Below are positions 44,501 through 59,700 of a stretch of 64,000 nucleotides of DNA, piece by piece; the stretch's first letter is position 1; the number at the start of each line of letters is the position of its first letter. Source of the DNA: Eledone cirrhosa (taxonomy: Eukaryota); contig OZ024743.1 in the NCBI GenBank assembly GCA_964016885.1, positions 170,934,001 to 170,998,000 on the forward strand. The letters are read 5' to 3'. A program made the translations under genes and the position numbers. The notes under the pieces were generated by a model. That model had not been told where the DNA came from. It saw only the letters and a list, made by a program, of their open reading frames with translations, and did no database searches.

Positions 44501-47500
44501 AAGACCAGTGTATCAACACCATAGTCATAACTACCGTAAGACCACTGTATCAACACCATAGTCATAAGACCATTGTATCAACACCATGGTCACAACTACT
44601 GTAAGACCACTGTATCAACACCATAATCACAACTACTATAAACCCACTGTATCAACACCATAGTCACAACTACTGTAAGACCACTGTATCAACAACATAG
44701 TCACAACGTCTGTAATACGACAGTATCAACACCATAGTCACAAATATTGTAAGACCACTGTATCAACACCACAGTCACAACTACTGTAAGACCACTGTAT
44801 CAACACCACAGTCATAACTACTGTAAGACCACTGTATCCACACCATAGTCACAACTACTGTAAGACCACTGTATCAACACCACAGTCATAACTACTGTAA
44901 GACCACTGTATACACAGCATAGTCACATCTACTGTAAGACCACTGTATCAACACCATAGTCATAACTACCGTAAGACCACTGTATCAACACCGTAGTCAT
45001 AAGACCACTGTATCAAAACCATAGTCACATCTAATGTAAGACCATTGTATCAACACCACAGTCACAACTACTGTAAGACCACTGTATCAACACCACACTC
45101 ACAACTACTGTAAGACCACTGTATCAACACCACAATCACAACTACTGTAAGACCACTGTATCAACACCATAGTCACAACTACTGTAAGACCACTGTATCC
45201 ACACCATAGTCATAACTACTGTAAGACCACTGTATCAACACCATAGTCACAACTACTGTAAGACCACTGTATCAACACCATAGTCATAAATACCGTAAGA
45301 CCACTGTATCAACACCACAGTCATAAGACCACTGTATCAAAACAATAGTCACGACTACTGTAAGACCACGGTATCAACACCATAGTCAGAACTACTGTAA
45401 GACCACTGTATCAACACCATAGTCACAACTACTGTAAGACCACTGTATCAACACCATAGTCACAACTACTGTAAGAACACTGTATCAACACCACAGTCAT
45501 AACTACTGTAAGACCACTGTATCAACACCACAGTCACAACTACTGTAAGACCACTGTATCAACACCACAGTCACAACTACTGTAAGACCACTGTATCAAC
45601 ACCATAATCACAACTACTGTAAGACCACGGTAGCAACACCGTAGTCAGAACTACTGTAAGACCACAGTATCAACACCACAGTCACAACGTCTGTAAGACC
45701 ACTGAATCAACACCATAGTCACAACTACTGTAAGACCACTGTATCAACATCACAGTCACAACTACTCTAAGACCACTGTATCCACACCATAGTCACAACT
45801 ACTGTAAGACCACTGTATCAACATCAGATTCACAACTACTGTAAGACCACTGTATCAACACCACAGTCACAACTACTGTAAGACCACTGTATCAACACCA
45901 CAGTCACAACTACTGTAAGACCACTGTATCAACACCACAGTCATAACTACTGTAAGACCACTGTATCCACACCATAGTCACAACTACTGTAAGACCACTG
46001 TATCAACATCAGATTCACAACTACTGTAAGACCACTGTATCAACACCACAGTCACAACTACTGTAAGACCACTGTATCAACACCACACTCACAACTACTG
46101 TAAGACCACTGTATCAACACCACAATCACAACTACTGTAAGACCACTGTATCAACACCATAGTCACAACTACTGTAAGACCACTGTATCAACACCACACT
46201 CACAACTACTGTAAGACCACTGTATCAACACCACAATCACAACTACTCTAAGACCACTGTATCAACACCACAGTCACAACTACTGTAAGCCCACTGTATC
46301 AACACCATAGTCATAACTACTGTAAGACCAGTGTATCAACACCATAGTCATAACTACCGTAAGACCACTGTATCAACACCATAGTCATAAGACCACTGTA
46401 TCAACACCATGGTCACAACTACTGTAAGACCACTGTATCAACACCACAATCACAACTACTGTAAGACCACTGTATCAACACCATAGTCACAACTACTGTA
46501 AGACCACTGTATCAACAACACAGTCACAACTACTCCAAGACCACTGTATCAACACCACAGTCACAACTACTGTTAGCCCACTGTATCAACACCATAGACA
46601 TAACAACTGTAAGACCACTGTATCAACACCATAGTCACAACTACTGTAAGACCCCTGTATCAACACCATAGTCATAACTACCGTAAGACCAGTGTATCAA
46701 CTCCATAGTCATAAGACCACTGTATCAACACCATAGTCACAACTACTGTAAGACCACTTTATCAACACCATAATCACAACTACTGTAAGACCACGGTATC
46801 AACACCGTAGTCAGAACTACTGCAAGACCACTGTATCAACACCACACTCACAACGTCTGTAAGACCAATGAATCAACACCATAGTCACAACTATTGTAAG
46901 ACCACTGTATCAACAACACAGTCACAACTACTCTAAGACCACTGTATCAACACCACAGTCACAACTACTCTAAGCCCACTGTATCAACATCATACTCATA
47001 ACTACTGTAAGACCACTGTATCAACACCATAGTCATAACTACCGTAAGACCACTGTATCACACCACAGTCATAAGACCACTGTATCAACACCATAGTCAC
47101 AACTACTGTAAGACCACTGTATCAACAACATAGTCACAAATATTGTAAGACCACTGTATCAACACCACAGTCACAACTACTGTAAGACCACTGTATCAAC
47201 ACCACAGTCATAACTACTCTAAGACCACTGTATCCACACCATAGTTAGAACTACTGTAAGACCACTGTATCAACACCATAGTCATAACGTCTGTAATACG
47301 ACAGTATCAACACCATAGTCACAACTATTGTAAGACCACTGTATCAACACCACAGTCACAACTACTGTAAGACCACTGTATCAACACCACAGTCATAACT
47401 ACTTTAAGACCACTGTATCCACACCATAGTCACATCTACTGTAAGACCACTGTATCAACACCATAGTCACAACTACTGTAAGAGCACTGTACCAACACCA

Positions 47501-47890
47501 CAGTCACAACTACTGTAAGACCACTGTATCAACAACACAGTCACAACTACTCTAAGACCACTGTATCAACACCACAGTCACAACTACTGTAAGCCCACTG
47601 TATCAACACCATAGTCATAACTACTGTAAGACCACTGTATCAACACCATATTCATAACTACCGTAAGACCACGGTATCAACACCGTAGTCATAAGACCAC
47701 TGTATCAAAACCATAGTCACAACTACTGTTAGACCATTGTATCAACACCACAGTCACAACTACTGTAAGACCACTGTATCAACACCACACTCACAACTAC
47801 TGTAAGACCACTGTATCAACACCACAATCACAACTACTGTAAGCCCACTGTATCAACACCATAGTCACAACTACTGTAAGACCACTGTAT
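35600..47890. repeat. 6125-bp (168-monomer) near-identical tandem duplication
   Basis: Constant offset 6125 for AGACGACTGA 37202/43327, AACTACTGCA 40690/46815, GTATCACACC 40930/47055 and CAAAACAAT 36844/42969 and 39213/45338. 6125 = 168x37 - 10x9 - 1, and I count ten 28-mers and one 36-mer in the unit. Confidence 0.92.
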
Positions 47891-50800
47891 CCACACCATA
47901 ATCATAACTACTGTAAGACCACTGTATCAACACCATAGTCACAACTACTGTAAGACCACTGTATCAACACCATAGTCATAACTACCGTAAGACCACTGTA
48001 TCAACACCAAAGTCATAAGACCACTGTATCAAAACAATAGTCACGACTACTGTAAGACCACTGTATCAACACCATAGTCAGAACTACTGTAAGACCACTG
48101 TAGCAACACCATAGTCACGACTACTCTAAGACCACTGTATCAACACCACAGTCACAACTACTGTAAGACCACTGTATCAACACCACAGTCATAACTACTG
48201 TAAGACCACTGTATCCACACCATAGTCACAACTACTGTAAGACCACTGTATCAACACCAGATTCACAACTACTGTAAGACCACTGTATCAACACCACACT
48301 CACAACTACTGTAAGACTACTGTATCAACACCACACTCACAACTACTCTAAGACCACTCTATAAACACGACAGTCACAACTACTGTAAGCCCACCGTATC
48401 AACACCATAGTCATAACTACTGTAAGACCAGTGTATCAACACCATAGTCATAACTACCGTAAGACCACTGTATCAACACCATAGTCATAAGACCACTGTA
48501 TCAACACCATGGTCACAACTACTGTAAGACCACTGTATCAACACCACAGTCACAACTACTGTAAGACCACTGTATCAACAGCATAGTCACAACTATTGTA
48601 AGACCACTGTATCAACACCACAGTCACAACTACAGTAAGACCACTTTATCAACACCATAGTCACAACTACTGTAAGACAACTGTATCAACACCATAGTCA
48701 CAACTACTGTAAGACCACTGTATCAACACCATAGTCACAACTACTGTAAGAACACTGTATCAACACCACAGTCATAACTACTGTAAGACCACTATATCAA
48801 CACCACAGTCACAACTACTGTAAGACCACTGTATCAACACCACAGCCACAACTACTGTAAGACCACTGTATCAACATCACAGCCACAACAACTATAAGAT
48901 CACCGTATCAACACCACAGCCACAACTACTGTAAGACCACTGTATCAACACCATAATCACAACTACTATAAGCCCACTGTATCAACACCATAGTCACAAC
49001 TACTGTAAAACCACTGTATCAACACCATAGTCACAACGTCTGTAATACGACAGTATCAACACCACAGTCACAACTACTGTAAGACCACTGTATCAACACC
49101 ACAGTCATAACTACTGTAAGACCACTGTATCCACACCATAGTCACAACTACTGTAAGACCACTGTATCAACACCACAGTCACAACTACTGTAAGACCACT
49201 GTATCAACACCACAGTCATAACTAATTTAAGACCACTGTATCCACACCATAGTCACATCTACTGTAAGACCACTGTATCAACACCATAGTCACAACTACT
49301 GTAAGAGTACTGTATCAACACCACAGTCACAACTACTGTAAGACCACTGTATCAACAACACAGTCACAACTACTGTAAGCCCACTGTATCAACACCATAG
49401 TCATAACTACCGTAAGACCACTGTATCAACACCGTAGTCATAAGACCACTGTATCAAAACCATAGTCACAACTACTGTAAGACCATTGTATCAACACCAC
49501 AGTCACAACTACTGTAAGCGGTAAGACCACTGTATCAACACCACACTCACAAATACTGTAAGACCACTGTATCAACACCACAATCACAACTACTGTAAGC
49601 CCACTGTATCAACACCATAGTCACAACTACTGTAAGACGAGTGTATCCACACCATAGTCATAACTACTGTAAGACCACTGTATCAACACCATAGTCACAA
49701 CTACTGTAAGACCACTGTATCAACACCATAGTCATAACTACCGTAAGACCACTGTATCAACACCACAGTCATAAGACCACTGTATCAAAACAATAGTCAC
49801 GACTACTGTAAGACCACTGTATCAACACCATAGTCAGAACTACTGTAAGACCACTGTATCAACACCATAGTCACAACTACTGTAAGACCACTGTATCAAC
49901 ACCATAGTCACAACTACTGTAAGACCACTGTATCAACACCACACTCACAACTACTGTAAGAACATTGTATCAACACCACAGTCATAACTACTGTAAGACC
50001 ACTGTATCAACACCACAGTCACAACTACTGTAAGACCACTGTATCAACACCACAGTCACAACTACTGTAAGACCACTGTATCAACACCATAATCACAACT
50101 ACTGTAAGACCACGGTATCAACACCGTAGTCAGAACTACTGTAAGAACACTGTATCAACACCACAGTCACAACGTCTGTAAGACCACTGAATCAACACCA
50201 GATTCACAACTACTGTAAGACCACTGTATCAACACCACAGTCACAACTACACTAAGACCACCGTATCAACACGACAGTCACAACTACTGTAAGCCCACCG
50301 TATCAACACCATAGTCATAACTACTGTAAGACCAGTGTATCAACACCATAGTCATAACTACCGTAAGACCACTGTATCAACACCATAGTCATAAGACCAC
50401 TGTATCAACACCATGGTCACAACTACTGTAAGACCACTGTATCAACACCACAGTCACAACTACTGTAAGACCACTGTATCAACAGCATAGTCACAACTAT
50501 TGTAAGACCACTGTATCAACACCACAGTCACAACTACAGTAAGACAACTGTATCAACACCATAGTCACAACTACTGTAAGACCACTGTATCCACACCATA
50601 GTCATAACTACTGTAAGACCACTGTATCAACACCATAGTCACAACTACTGTAAGACCACTGTATCAACACCATAATCATAACTACCGTAAGACCACTGTA
50701 TCAACACCACAGTCATAAGACCACTGTATCAAAACAATAGTCACGACTACTGTAAGACCACTGTATCAACACCATAGTCAGAACTACTGTAAGACCACTG

Positions 50801-53800
50801 TATCAACACCATAGTCACAACTACTGTAAGACCACTGTATCAACACCATAGTGACAACTACTGTAAGAACACTGTATCAACACCACAGTCATAACTACTG
50901 TAAGACCACTGTATCAACACCACAGTCACAACTACTGTAAGACCACTGTATCAACACCACAGTCACAACTACTGTAAGACCACTGTATCAACACCATAAT
51001 CACAACTACTGTAAGACCACGGTATCAACACCGTAGTCAGAACTACTGTAAGACCACTGTATCAACACGACAGTCACAACGTCTGTAAGACGACTGAATC
51101 AACACCATAGTCACAACTACTGTAAGACCACTGTATCAACAACACAGTCACAACTACTCTAAGACCACTGTATCAACACCACAGTCACAACTACTGTTAG
51201 ACCACTGTATCAACACCACAGTCATAACTACTGTAAGACCACTGTATCCACACCATAGTCACAACTACTGTAAGACCACTGTATCAACACCAGATTCACA
51301 ACTACTGTAAGACCACTGTATCAACACCACAGTCACAACTACTGTAAGACCACTGTATCAACACCACACTCACAACTACTCTAAGACCACTGTATCAACA
51401 CGACAGTCACAACTACTGTAAGCCCACCGTATCAACACCATAGTCATAACTACTGTAAGACCAGTGTATCAACACCATAGTCATAACTACCGTAAGACCA
51501 CTGTATCAACACCATAGTCATAAGACCACTGTATTAACACCATGGTCACAACTACTGTAAGACCACTGTATCAACACCACAGTCACAACTACTGTAAGAC
51601 TACTGTATCAACAGCATAGTCACAACTATTGTAAGACCACTGTATCAACACCACAGTCACAACTACAGTAAGACAACTGTATCAACACCATAGTCACAAC
51701 TACTGTAAGACCACTGTATCAACACCATAATCACAACTACTATAAGCCAACTGTATCAACACCACAGTCACAACTACTGTAAGACCACTGTATCAACACC
51801 ACAGTCATAACGTCTGTAATACGACAGTATCAACACCATAGTCACAACTATTGTAAGACCACTGTATCCACACCATAGTCACAACTACTGTAAGACCACT
51901 GTATCAACACCATAGTCATAACGTCTGTAATACGACAGTATCAACACCATAGTCACAACTATTGTAAGACCACTGTATCAACACCACAGTCACAACTACT
52001 GTAAGACCACTGTATCAACACCACAGTCATATCTACTGTAAGACCACTGTATACACACCATAGTCACATCTACTGTAAGACCACTGTATCAACACCACAG
52101 CCACAACTACTGTAAGACCACTGTATCAACATCACAGCCACAACAACTATAAGATCACCGTATCAACACCATAGTCACAACGTCTGTAATACGACAGTAT
52201 CAACACCATAGTCACAAATATTGTAAGACCACTGTATCAACACCACAGTCACAACTACTGTAAGACCACTGTATCAACACCACAGTCATAACTACTGTAA
52301 GACCACTGTATCCACACCATAGTCACAACTACTGTAAGACCACTGTATCAACACCATAGTCATAACGTCTGTAATACGACAGTATCAACACCATAGTCAC
52401 AACTATTGTAAGACCACTGTATCAACACCACAGTCACAACTACTGTAAGACCACTGTATCAACACCACAGTCATAACTACTTTAAGACCACTGTATCCAC
52501 ACCGTAGTCACATCTACTGTAAGACCACTGTATCAACACTATAGTCACAACTACTGTAAGAGCACTGTATCAACACCACAGTCACAACTACTGTAAGACC
52601 ACTGTATCAACAACACAGTCACAACTACTGTAAGCCCACTGTATCAACACCATAGTCATAACTACCGTAAGACCACTGTATCAACACCGTAGTCATAAGA
52701 CCACTGTATCAAAACCATAGTCACAACTACTGTAAGACCATTGTATCAACACCACAGTCACAACTACTGTAAGACCACTGTATCAACACCACACTCACAA
52801 CTACTGTAAGACCACTGTATCAACACCACAATCACAACTACTGTAAGCCCACTGTATCAACACCATAGTCACAACTACTGTAAGACCACTGTATCCACAC
52901 CATAGTCATAACTACTGTAAGACCACTGTATCAACACCATAGTCACAACTACTGTAAGACCACTGTATCAACACCATAGTCATAACTACCGTAAGACCAC
53001 TGTATCAACACCAAAGTCATAAGACCACTGTATCAAAACAATAGTCACGACTACTGTAAGACCACTGTATCAACACCATAGTCAGAACTACTGTAAGACC
53101 ACTGTATCAACACCATAGTCACAACTATTGTAAGACCACTGTATCAACACCACAGTCACAACTACTGTAAGAACACTGTATCAACACCACAGTCATAACT
53201 ACTGTAAGACCACTGTATCAACACCACAGTCACAACTAGTGTAAGACCACTGTATCAACACCACAGTCACAACTACTGTAAGACCACTGTATCAACACCA
53301 TAATCACAACTACTGTAAGACCACGGTATCAACACCGTAGTCAGAACTACTGTAAGAACACTGTATCAACACCACAGTCACAACGTCTGTAAGACCACTG
53401 AATCAACAAAATAGTCACAACTACTGTAAGACCACTGTATCAACAACACAGTCACAACTACTCTAAGACCACTGTATCAACACCACAGTCACAACTACTG
53501 TAAGACCACTGTATCAACACCACAGTCATAACTACTGTAAGACCACTGTATCAACAACACAGTCACAACTACTCTAAGACCACTGTATCAACACCACAGT
53601 CACAACTACTGTAAGACCACTGTATCAACACCACAGTCATAACTACTGTAAGACCACTGTATCCACACCATAGTCACAACTACTGTAAGACCACTGTATC
53701 AACACCAGATTCACAACTACTGTAAGACCACTGTATCAACACCACAGTCACAACTACTGTAAGACTACTGTATCAACACCACACTCACAACTACTCTAAG

Positions 53801-53969
53801 ACCACAGTATCAACACGACAGTCACAACTACTGTAAGCCCACCGTATCAACACCATAGTCATAACTACTGTAAGACCAGTGTATCAACACCATAGTCATA
53901 ACTACCGTAAGACCACTGTATCAACACCATAGTCATAAGACCACTGTATCAACACCATGGTCACAACTA

Positions 53970-56730
53970 CTGTAAGACCACTGTATCAACACCACAGTCA
54001 CAACTACTGTAAGACCACTGTATCAACAGCATAGTCACAACTATTGTAAGACCACTGTATCAACACCACAGTCACAACTACAGTAAGACCACTTTATCAA
54101 CACCATAGTCACAACTACTGTAAGACAACTGTATCAACACCATAGTGACAACTACTGTAAGACCACTGTATCAACACCATAGTCACAACTACTGTAAGAA
54201 CACTGTATCAACACCACAGTCATAACTACTGTAAGACCACTGTATCAACACCACAGTCACAACTACTGTAAGACCACTGTATCAACACCACAGCCACAAC
54301 TACTGTAAGACCACTGTATCAACATCACAGCCACAACAACTATAAGATCACCGTATCAACACCACAGCCACAACTACTGTAAGACCACTGTATCAACACC
54401 ATAATCACAACTACTATAAGCCCACTGTATCAACACCATAGTCACAACTACTGTAAAACCACTGTATCAACACCATAGTCACAACGTCTGTAATACGACA
54501 GTATCAACACCATAGTCACAAATATTGTAAGACCACTGTATCAACACCACAGTCACAACTACTGTCAGACCACTGTATCAACACCACAGTCATAACTACT
54601 GTAAGACCACTGTATCCACACCATAGTCACAACTACTGTAAGACCACTGTATCAACACCATAGTCATAACGTCTGTAATACGACAGTATCAACACCATAG
54701 TCACAGCTATTGTAAGACCACTGTATCAACACCACAGTCACAACTACTGTAAGACCACTGTATCAACACCACAGTCATAACTACTTTAAGACCACTGTAT
54801 CCACACCATAGTCACATCTACTGTAAGACCACTGTATCAACACCATAGTCACAACTACTGTAAGAGCACTGTATCAACACCACAGTCACAACTACTGTAA
54901 GACCACTGTATCAACAACACAGTCACAACTACTCTAAGACCACTGTATCAACACCACAGTCAAACTACTGTAAGACCACTGTATCAACACCACAGTCATA
55001 ACTACTGTAAGACCACTGTATCAACACCGTAGTCATAAGACCACTGTATCAAAACCATAGTCACAACTACTGTATGACCATTGTATCAACACCACAGTCA
55101 CAACTACTGTAAGATGTAAGACCACTGTATCAACACCACACTCACAAATACTGTAAGACCACTGTATCAACACCACAATCACAACTACTGTAAGCCCACT
55201 GTATCAACACCATAGTCACAACTACTGTAAGACCACTGTATCCACAACATAGTCATAACTACTGTAAGACCACTGTTTCAACACCATAGTCACAACTAGT
55301 GTAAGACCACTGTATCAACACCATAGTCATAACTACCGTAAGACCACTGTATCAACACCACAGTCACAACTACTGTAAGACCACTGTATCAACAGCATAG
55401 TCACAACTATTGTAAGACCACTGTATCAACACCACAGTCACAACTACAGTAAGACCACTTTATCAACACCATAGTCACAACTACTGTAAGACAACTGTAT
55501 CAACACCATAGTGACAACTACTGTAAAACCACTGTATCAACACCATAGTCACAACTACTGTAAGAACACTGTATCAACACCACAGTCATAACTACTGTAA
55601 GACCACTGTATCAACACCACAGTCACAACTACTGTAAGACCACTGTATCAACACCACAGCCACAACTACTGTAAGACCACTGTATCAACATCACAGCCAC
55701 AACAACTATAAGATCACCGTATCAACACCACAGCCACAACTACTGTAAGACCACTGTATCAACACCATAATCACAACTACTATAAGCCCACTGTATCAAC
55801 ACCATAGTCACAACTACTGTAAAACCACTGTATCAACACCATAGTCACAACGTCTGTAATACGACAGTATCAACACCATAGTCACAAATATTGTAAGACC
55901 ACTGTATCAACACCACAGTCACAACTACTGTCAGACCACTGTATCAACACCACAGTCATAACTACTGTAAGACCACTGTATCCACACCATAGTCACAACT
56001 ACTGTAAGACCACTGTATCAACACCATAGTCATAACGTCTGTAATACGACAGTATCAACACCATAGTCACAGCTATTGTAAGACCACTGTATCAACACCA
56101 CAGTCACAACTACTGTAAGACCACTGTATCAACACCACAGTCATAACTACTTTAAGACCACTGTATCCACACCATAGTCACATCTACTGTAAGACCACTG
56201 TATCAACACCATAGTCACAACTACTGTAAGAGCACTGTATCAACACCACAGTCACAACTACTGTAAGACCACTGTATCAACAACACAGTCACAACTACTC
56301 TAAGACCACTGTATCAACACCACAGTCACAACTACTGTAAGACCACTGTATCAACACCACAGTCATAACTACTGTAAGACCACTGTATCAACACCGTAGT
56401 CATAAGACCACTGTATCAAAACCATAGTCACAACTACTGTATGACCATTGTATCAACACCACAGTCACAACTACTGTAAGATGTAAGACCACTGTATCAA
56501 CACCACACTCACAAATACTGTAAGACCACTGTATCAACACCACAATCACAACTACTGTAAGCCCACTGTATCAACACCATAGTCACAACTACTGTAAGAC
56601 CACTGTATCCACAACATAGTCATAACTACTGTAAGACCACTGTTTCAACACCATAGTCACAACTACTGTAAGACCACTGTATCAACACCATAGTCATAAC
56701 TACCGTAAGACCACTGTATCAACACCACAG
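53970..56730. repeat. ~1367-bp (37-monomer) tandem duplication
   Basis: ACTGTCAGAC 54561/55927, GTAAGATGTAAG 55109/56476, ACTGTTTCA 55272/56639. 1367 = 37x37 - 9 + 7. Confidence 0.88.
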
Positions 56731-59700
56731 TCATAAGACCACTGTATCAAAACAATAGTCACGACTACTGTAAGACCACTGTATCAACACCATAGTCACA
56801 ACTACTGTAAGACCACTGTATCAACACCATAGTCACAACTACTGTAAGAACACTGTATCAACACCACAGTCATAACTACTGTAAGACCACTGTATCAACA
56901 CCACAGTCACAACTACTGTAAGACCAATGTATCAACACCACAGTCACAACTACTGTAAGACCACTGTATCGACACCATAATCACAACTACTGTAAGACCA
57001 CGGTATCAACACCGTAGTCAGAACTACTGTAAGACCACTGTATCAACACCACAGTCACAACGTCTGTAAGACCACTGAATCAACACCATAGTCACAACTA
57101 CTGTAAGACCACTGTATGAACAACACAGTCACAACTACTCTAAGACCACTGTATCAACACCACAGTCACAACTACTGTAAGACCACTGTATCAACACCAC
57201 AGTCATAACTACTGTAAGACCACTGTATCCACACCATAGTCACAACTACTGTAAGACCACTGTATCAACACCAGATTCACAACTACTGTAAGACCACTGT
57301 ATCAACACCACAGTCACAACTACTGTAAGACCACTGTATCAACACCACACTCACAACTACTCTAAGACCACTGTATCAACACCACAGTCACAACTACTGT
57401 AAGCCCACCGTATCAACACCATAGTCATAACTACTGTAAGACCAGTGTATCAACAGCATACTCATAACTACCGTAAGACCACTGTATCAACACCATAGTC
57501 ATAAGACCATTGTATCAACACCATGGTCACAACTACTGTAAGACCACTGTATCAACACCATAATCACAACTACTATAAGCCCACTGTATCAACACCATAG
57601 TCACAACTACTGTAAGACCACTGTATCAACAACATAGTCATAACGTCTGTAATACGACAGTATCAACACCATTGTCACAACTATTGTAAGACAACTGTAT
57701 CCACACCATTGTCACAACTACTGTAAGACCACTGTATCAACACCATAGTCATAACGTCTGTAATACGACAGTATCAACACCATAGTCACAACTATTGTAA
57801 GACCACTGTATCAACACCACAGTCACAACTATTGTAAGACCACTGTATCAACACCACAGTCATAACTACTGTAAGACCACTGTATACACACCATAGTCAC
57901 ATCTACTGTAAGACCACTGTATCAACACCATAGTCATAACTACCGTAAGACCACTGTATCAACACCGTAGTCATAAGACCACTGTATCAAAACCATAGTC
58001 ACAACTACTGTAAGACCATTGTATCAACACCACAGTCACAACTACTGTAAGACCACTGTATCAACACCACACTCACAACTACTGTAAGACCACTGTATCA
58101 ACACCACAGTCACAACTACTGTAAGACCACTGTATCAACACCACAGCCACAACTACTGTAAGACCACTGTATCAACATCACAGCCACAACAACTATAAGA
58201 TCACCGTATCAACACCACAGCCACAACTACTGTAAGACCACTGTATCAACACCATAATCACAACTACTATAAGCCCACTGTATCAACACCATAGTCACAA
58301 CGTCTGTAATACGACAGTATCAACACCATAGTCACAAATATTGTAAGACCACTGTATCAACACCACAGTCACAACTACTGTAAGACCACTGTATCAACAC
58401 CACAGTCATAACTACTGTAAGACCACTGTATCCACACCATAGTCACAACTACTGTAAGACCACTGTATCAACACCATAGTCATAACGTCTGTAATACGAC
58501 AGTATCAACACCATAGTCACAACTATTGTAAGACCACTGTATCAACACCACAGTCACAACTACTGTAAGACCACTGTATCAACACCACAGTCATAACAAC
58601 TTTAAGACCACTGTATCCACACCGTAGTCACATCTACTGTAAGACCACTGTATCAACACTATAGTTACAACTACTGTAAGAGCACTGTATCAACACCACA
58701 GTCACAACTACTGTAAGACCACTGTATCAACAACACAGTCACAACTACTGTAAGCCCACTGTATCAACACCATAGTCATAACTACTGTAAGACCACTGTA
58801 TCAACACCATAGTCATAACTACCGTAAGACCACTGTATCAACACCGTAGTCATAAGACAACTGTATCAAAACCATAGTCACAAATACTGTAAGACCATTG
58901 TATCAACACCACAGTCACAACTACTGTAAGACCACTGTATCAACACCACACTCACAACTACTGTAAGACCACTGTATCAACACCACAATCACAACTACTG
59001 TAAGCCCACTGTATCAACACCATAGTCACAACTACTGTAAGACCACTGTATCCACACCATAGTCATAACTACTGTAAGACCACTGTATCAACACCATAGT
59101 CACAACTACTGTAAGACCACTGTATCAACACCATAGTCATAACTACCGTAAGACCACTGTATCAACACCAAAGTCATAAGACCACTGTATCAAAACAATA
59201 GTCACGACTACTGTAAGACCACTGTATCAACACCATAGTCAGAACTACTGTAAGACCACTGTATCAACACCATAGTCACAACTACTGTAAGACCACTGTA
59301 TCAACACCATAGTCACAACTACTGTAAGAACACTGTATCAACACCACAGTCATAACTACTGTAAGACCACTGTATCAACACCACAGTCACAACTAGTGTA
59401 AGACCACTGTATCAACACCACAGTCACAACTACTGTAAGACCACTGTATCAACACCATAATCACAACTACTGTAAGACCACGGTATCAACACCGTAGTCA
59501 GAACTACTGTAAGAACACTGTATCAACACCACAGTCACAACGTCTGTAAGACCACTGAATCAACACCATAGTCACAACTACTGTAAGACCACTGTATCAA
59601 CAACACAGTCACAACTACTGTAAGACCACTGTATCAACACCACAGTCACAACTACTGTAAGACCACTGTATCAACACCACAGTCATAACTACTGTAAGAC

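Noticed and set aside
54955-54970. Singleton 1-bp deletions (GTCAAACTAC at ~54961; TAAACC at ~62950 resembling the L marker)
   Set aside because: Each is unique in its context and absent from the sister copies I compared, so it cannot be distinguished from sequencing error or recurrent mutation. It is not evidence of L-to-R transfer.
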